Origin: a virus
Taxonomy: Duplodnaviria; Caudoviricetes
Reading direction: 5' to 3' (one strand)
IMG/VR virus record: IMGVR_UViG_3300020044_007646
Location: 1 to 58,226 of that record
DNA length: 58,226 nucleotides
Within the stretch, counting starts at the first letter, position 1, and every line of letters starts with the position of its first letter. This document shows positions 56,024 to 58,226 of this stretch, one piece after another. The translations under genes were made by a program, and so were the position numbers. The notes beneath the pieces are model-generated. The model did no database searches, had not been told where the DNA came from, and was given only the letters and a program-made list of their open reading frames with translations.

Positions 56024-56917
56024 TTAAACCCACTTAGCTGCAGGGCCGTGGGCGCGGATGACAACATGGCTGTCGCCATCACATTGGAGAGATGCAGGAC
56101 AACTTACGCAGGTTGTGTGCATCGGTAGCATATTGCGGAACGTACGCATCTCATTGATGAATGGATCGCTAGGGCATTGCTTCATACCCTTGCTGTATGC
56201 TACGTGCCGACGATTGACGTAGTCATGCTCAGGTAGAACAGTAAACGTACCCCAGCCAGCTCGCTCAGCATCTATTTGGTCAGTGTAGTTGTCGCATGAT
56301 GCTTGCAGTATGCCCTTGAATGGTTCTGCAATCTTGCTACGCCATTGATGTGTATAACCTCGATGACCAAGGCTATGACGCAATAGGTCACTCCATATAG
56401 GGAATGGCACAGCTACTGGGTCACCGTATGAGCCAATGCGTGTCTCTTTACCAGCAACAACTTGTATTGACGCTGCAACATCACTAGATACAAGTGGAAT
56501 ATTGCCACGATGCCATGATTCATAGATGGCAGCAACGCCCTTACCTATATTGACGTAGCAAGTACGAACGATCTTCTCCTTGCCATTGATGATATGTTTC
56601 TTCCAGCCTTTCATGTGTGGGCACCTGCCACAGATGCAACGATCAAGCCCTGTGTCGATAGCATCTTGTGGATGAACATCACGCATGATGATGTAAGTCT
56701 GCAACATATCACCCGTCTTGATGTTGTAGTCCTCGTTGTTAGTCTGACAGTTAGACATAACAGCAATGATGTTATGCCTAGGGTCAAGCTGTGACCATCC
56801 TGTGTACATACAGTATGAGTTGTACTTAGGTTTCATGTGCTTGCCATTGTGTACGTTAGTGAAAAGGGCTGGATTTGGATCCATGCCAAACTTGTTTAGA
56901 TATTCTCTTGCTGTCAT
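56024..56917 (-). CDS. Cys-rich putative Fe-S / radical-SAM-like enzyme
   Basis: KTGDM.QTYI, CICGRCPH, TCYV, RIGSYGDP, GYTHQW, QASCD, CP...CVSC...C. Confidence 0.55.
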   Translation of the reverse strand: MTAREYLNKFGMDPNPALFTNVHNGKHMKPKYNSYCMYTGWSQLDPRHNIIAVMSNCQTNNEDYNIKTGDMLQTYIIMRDVHPQDAIDTGLDRCICGRCPHMKGWKKHIINGKEKIVRTCYVNIGKGVAAIYESWHRGNIPLVSSDVAASIQVVAGKETRIGSYGDPVAVPFPIWSDLLRHSLGHRGYTHQWRSKIAEPFKGILQASCDNYTDQIDAERAGWGTFTVLPEHDYVNRRHVAYSKGMKQCPSDPFINEMRTFRNMLPMHTTCVSCPASLQCDGDSHVVIRAHGPAAKWV

Positions 56918-57297
56918 TTTGTTACTCCGTCATTCCAAAACCAATACTTATTAAACATTTCGTCGTTTCTGTCAATGATTTCACATATGTAAAATGCGTC
57001 CTCCTTACTAATGCCAGCCCAGCCAATGTCTATATTGACTGTACTTAGATCATCGCATTCGCCCTTGCATTTTTTGCCTTTACAGTCAAGTGCGAACCCA
57101 CACTCGATGCGGAACTTCCATGTGTCATACACATCCTCATCGTCATCGAGTACGTCGATGCTGTATGTACGATGTGCATTAACAGGGCAGTCTTTCCACT
57201 CGCTGTTATGCCACTGCAGTTCCCATATCTTGGATGCAGTTTTCATAATGATCTTTGCTGCATCATAGTAGTAATATTCTGGATATCTTCTATTCAT
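56914..57297 (-). CDS. Hypothetical early protein
   Basis: Cys cluster; GAGGAG SD; overlaps neighbours. Confidence 0.7.
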   Translation of the reverse strand: MNRRYPEYYYYDAAKIIMKTASKIWELQWHNSEWKDCPVNAHRTYSIDVLDDDEDVYDTWKFRIECGFALDCKGKKCKGECDDLSTVNIDIGWAGISKEDAFYICEIIDRNDEMFNKYWFWNDGVTK

Positions 57298-57700
57298 AAT
57301 GACTCCTCGTTGTGTTTTGATGCTGGCCCGGCATCGATTCTATTATCATGTAGTATGTTGATGGTCCGTCATATCCGTCATCATTAACATCTTCACCACG
57401 TTGATAAGCACGGTGCATGTGACGTAAACAATCATTACCATCAGCTTTCTTTGCTGCTTCTGTTAGTTCTTCGCAGTGATCACGCAATTTTTCCATCAGC
57501 ATTTCTGCTTGCGCATATGATGAACACTTGCAATATTTTTGGAGTAGCTGTAAGTACCCCCACCATCCTCCTTCCTCTGGTCCACCGTAGTAAGACACGT
57601 TCTCATAAAGAGAAAGGTAGCACTCTTGTGCTACCTCACTATCTTCAATGATCTCATTCCATGCTTGTAGAAAGATGCTTTCATCACTCATCGTCATCAT
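57290..57700 (-). CDS. Hypothetical early protein (YGGPEEGGWW motif family)
   Basis: YYGGPEEGGWW motif and C-terminal R.HYE. Confidence 0.75.
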   Translation of the reverse strand: MMTMSDESIFLQAWNEIIEDSEVAQECYLSLYENVSYYGGPEEGGWWGYLQLLQKYCKCSSYAQAEMLMEKLRDHCEELTEAAKKADGNDCLRHMHRAYQRGEDVNDDGYDGPSTYYMIIESMPGQHQNTTRSHYE

Positions 57701-58067
57701 CCTCTTTAGGTTCTATGTATATTGGTTTACCAAACTTGACTGGCATGACTCTATTACCGTGGCACTTGTAACATTCCACGTCATAGACACCACCAAAGTA
57801 ATCTTCTGCATATCCATCGTCGTATAAGTCTTCATAGCTCAAACCATTGCAATCAACAGAAGGATTAACATGATGGCCTTTACCATCACATGTGTCGCAC
57901 GTCTCATACTTGAACTTGTACCAAACTTGTTTGTCATCTTCAGTGTCATACTTGTGCCTTGCTAACATCTTGCGCTCATTGATGTCTATCCACCAACGAT
58001 CACGACCACCGCGTACACGGTGGTCATGATAGTAGTTTCTGTCCTCTAGGCTAAACCATTCACTCAT
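57684..58067 (-). CDS. DnaJ-type zinc-finger small protein
   Basis: CDTCDGKG ... YFGGVYDVECYKCHGNRV. Confidence 0.75.
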   Translation of the reverse strand: MSEWFSLEDRNYYHDHRVRGGRDRWWIDINERKMLARHKYDTEDDKQVWYKFKYETCDTCDGKGHHVNPSVDCNGLSYEDLYDDGYAEDYFGGVYDVECYKCHGNRVMPVKFGKPIYIEPKEDDDDE

Positions 58068-58205
58068 TGTTTCAACTCCATAAACTCACACACTGATAGA
58101 GCTTGTGCTTTAGACACAACAGTTACAGGCGCAAGCACCTCAGCAAAACCAATCATGCAATGACGCTCACTGACAACGCACACTACACAATACAAAGGTA
58201 ACACA

Positions 58206-58226
58206 ATGACAAAACGAGATAAAGAA
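58206..58226 (+). CDS. Possible start of a divergent gene (MTKRDKE...), truncated
   Basis: AAAGGTAACACAATG matches the initiation motif of early minus-strand genes. Confidence 0.35.

Noticed and set aside
58064-58226. Minus-strand open frame running in from the window edge
   Set aside because: Odd V/C-rich composition and conflict with a plus-strand start signal; cannot decide without flanking sequence.
1-58226. CRISPR array, integrase, reverse transcriptase/DGR, introns/inteins, stop-codon recoding
   Set aside because: No repeat-spacer array or relevant catalytic motifs seen; core genes are intact and tightly packed under the standard code.

Overview
The window is most of a tailed dsDNA bacteriophage genome with podovirus-like architecture (P22-type portal, adaptors and nozzle; no recognisable tape measure or sheath). 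Left end (+): two tRNAs (Leu-TAA, Arg-TCT), thyX, dUTPase, a DUF3310-like gene and ssb, with small minus-strand genes including a stand-alone LuxR-type HTH. From 3662 to 47995 (+) runs a tightly coupled late operon: a pre-terminase block (3D-domain protein, 1737-aa orphan), terminases, portal, scaffold, capsid, tail and adhesin genes, three probable ejection proteins ending in a 4335-aa giant with a zincin motif, and a CHAP endolysin. From 58067 to 47975 (-) run small early genes, recombination genes and an initiator-loader-DnaB module. Main unexplained signals: a 16-bp promoter-like motif (TTACTTACGGTAYAMT) seen five times, one copy preceding a short terminator-bounded RNA; two blocks of very large orphan proteins flanking the morphogenesis genes; and one small beta-domain inserted five times into three virion proteins. 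All functional calls come from motif recognition by eye; no searches were run.
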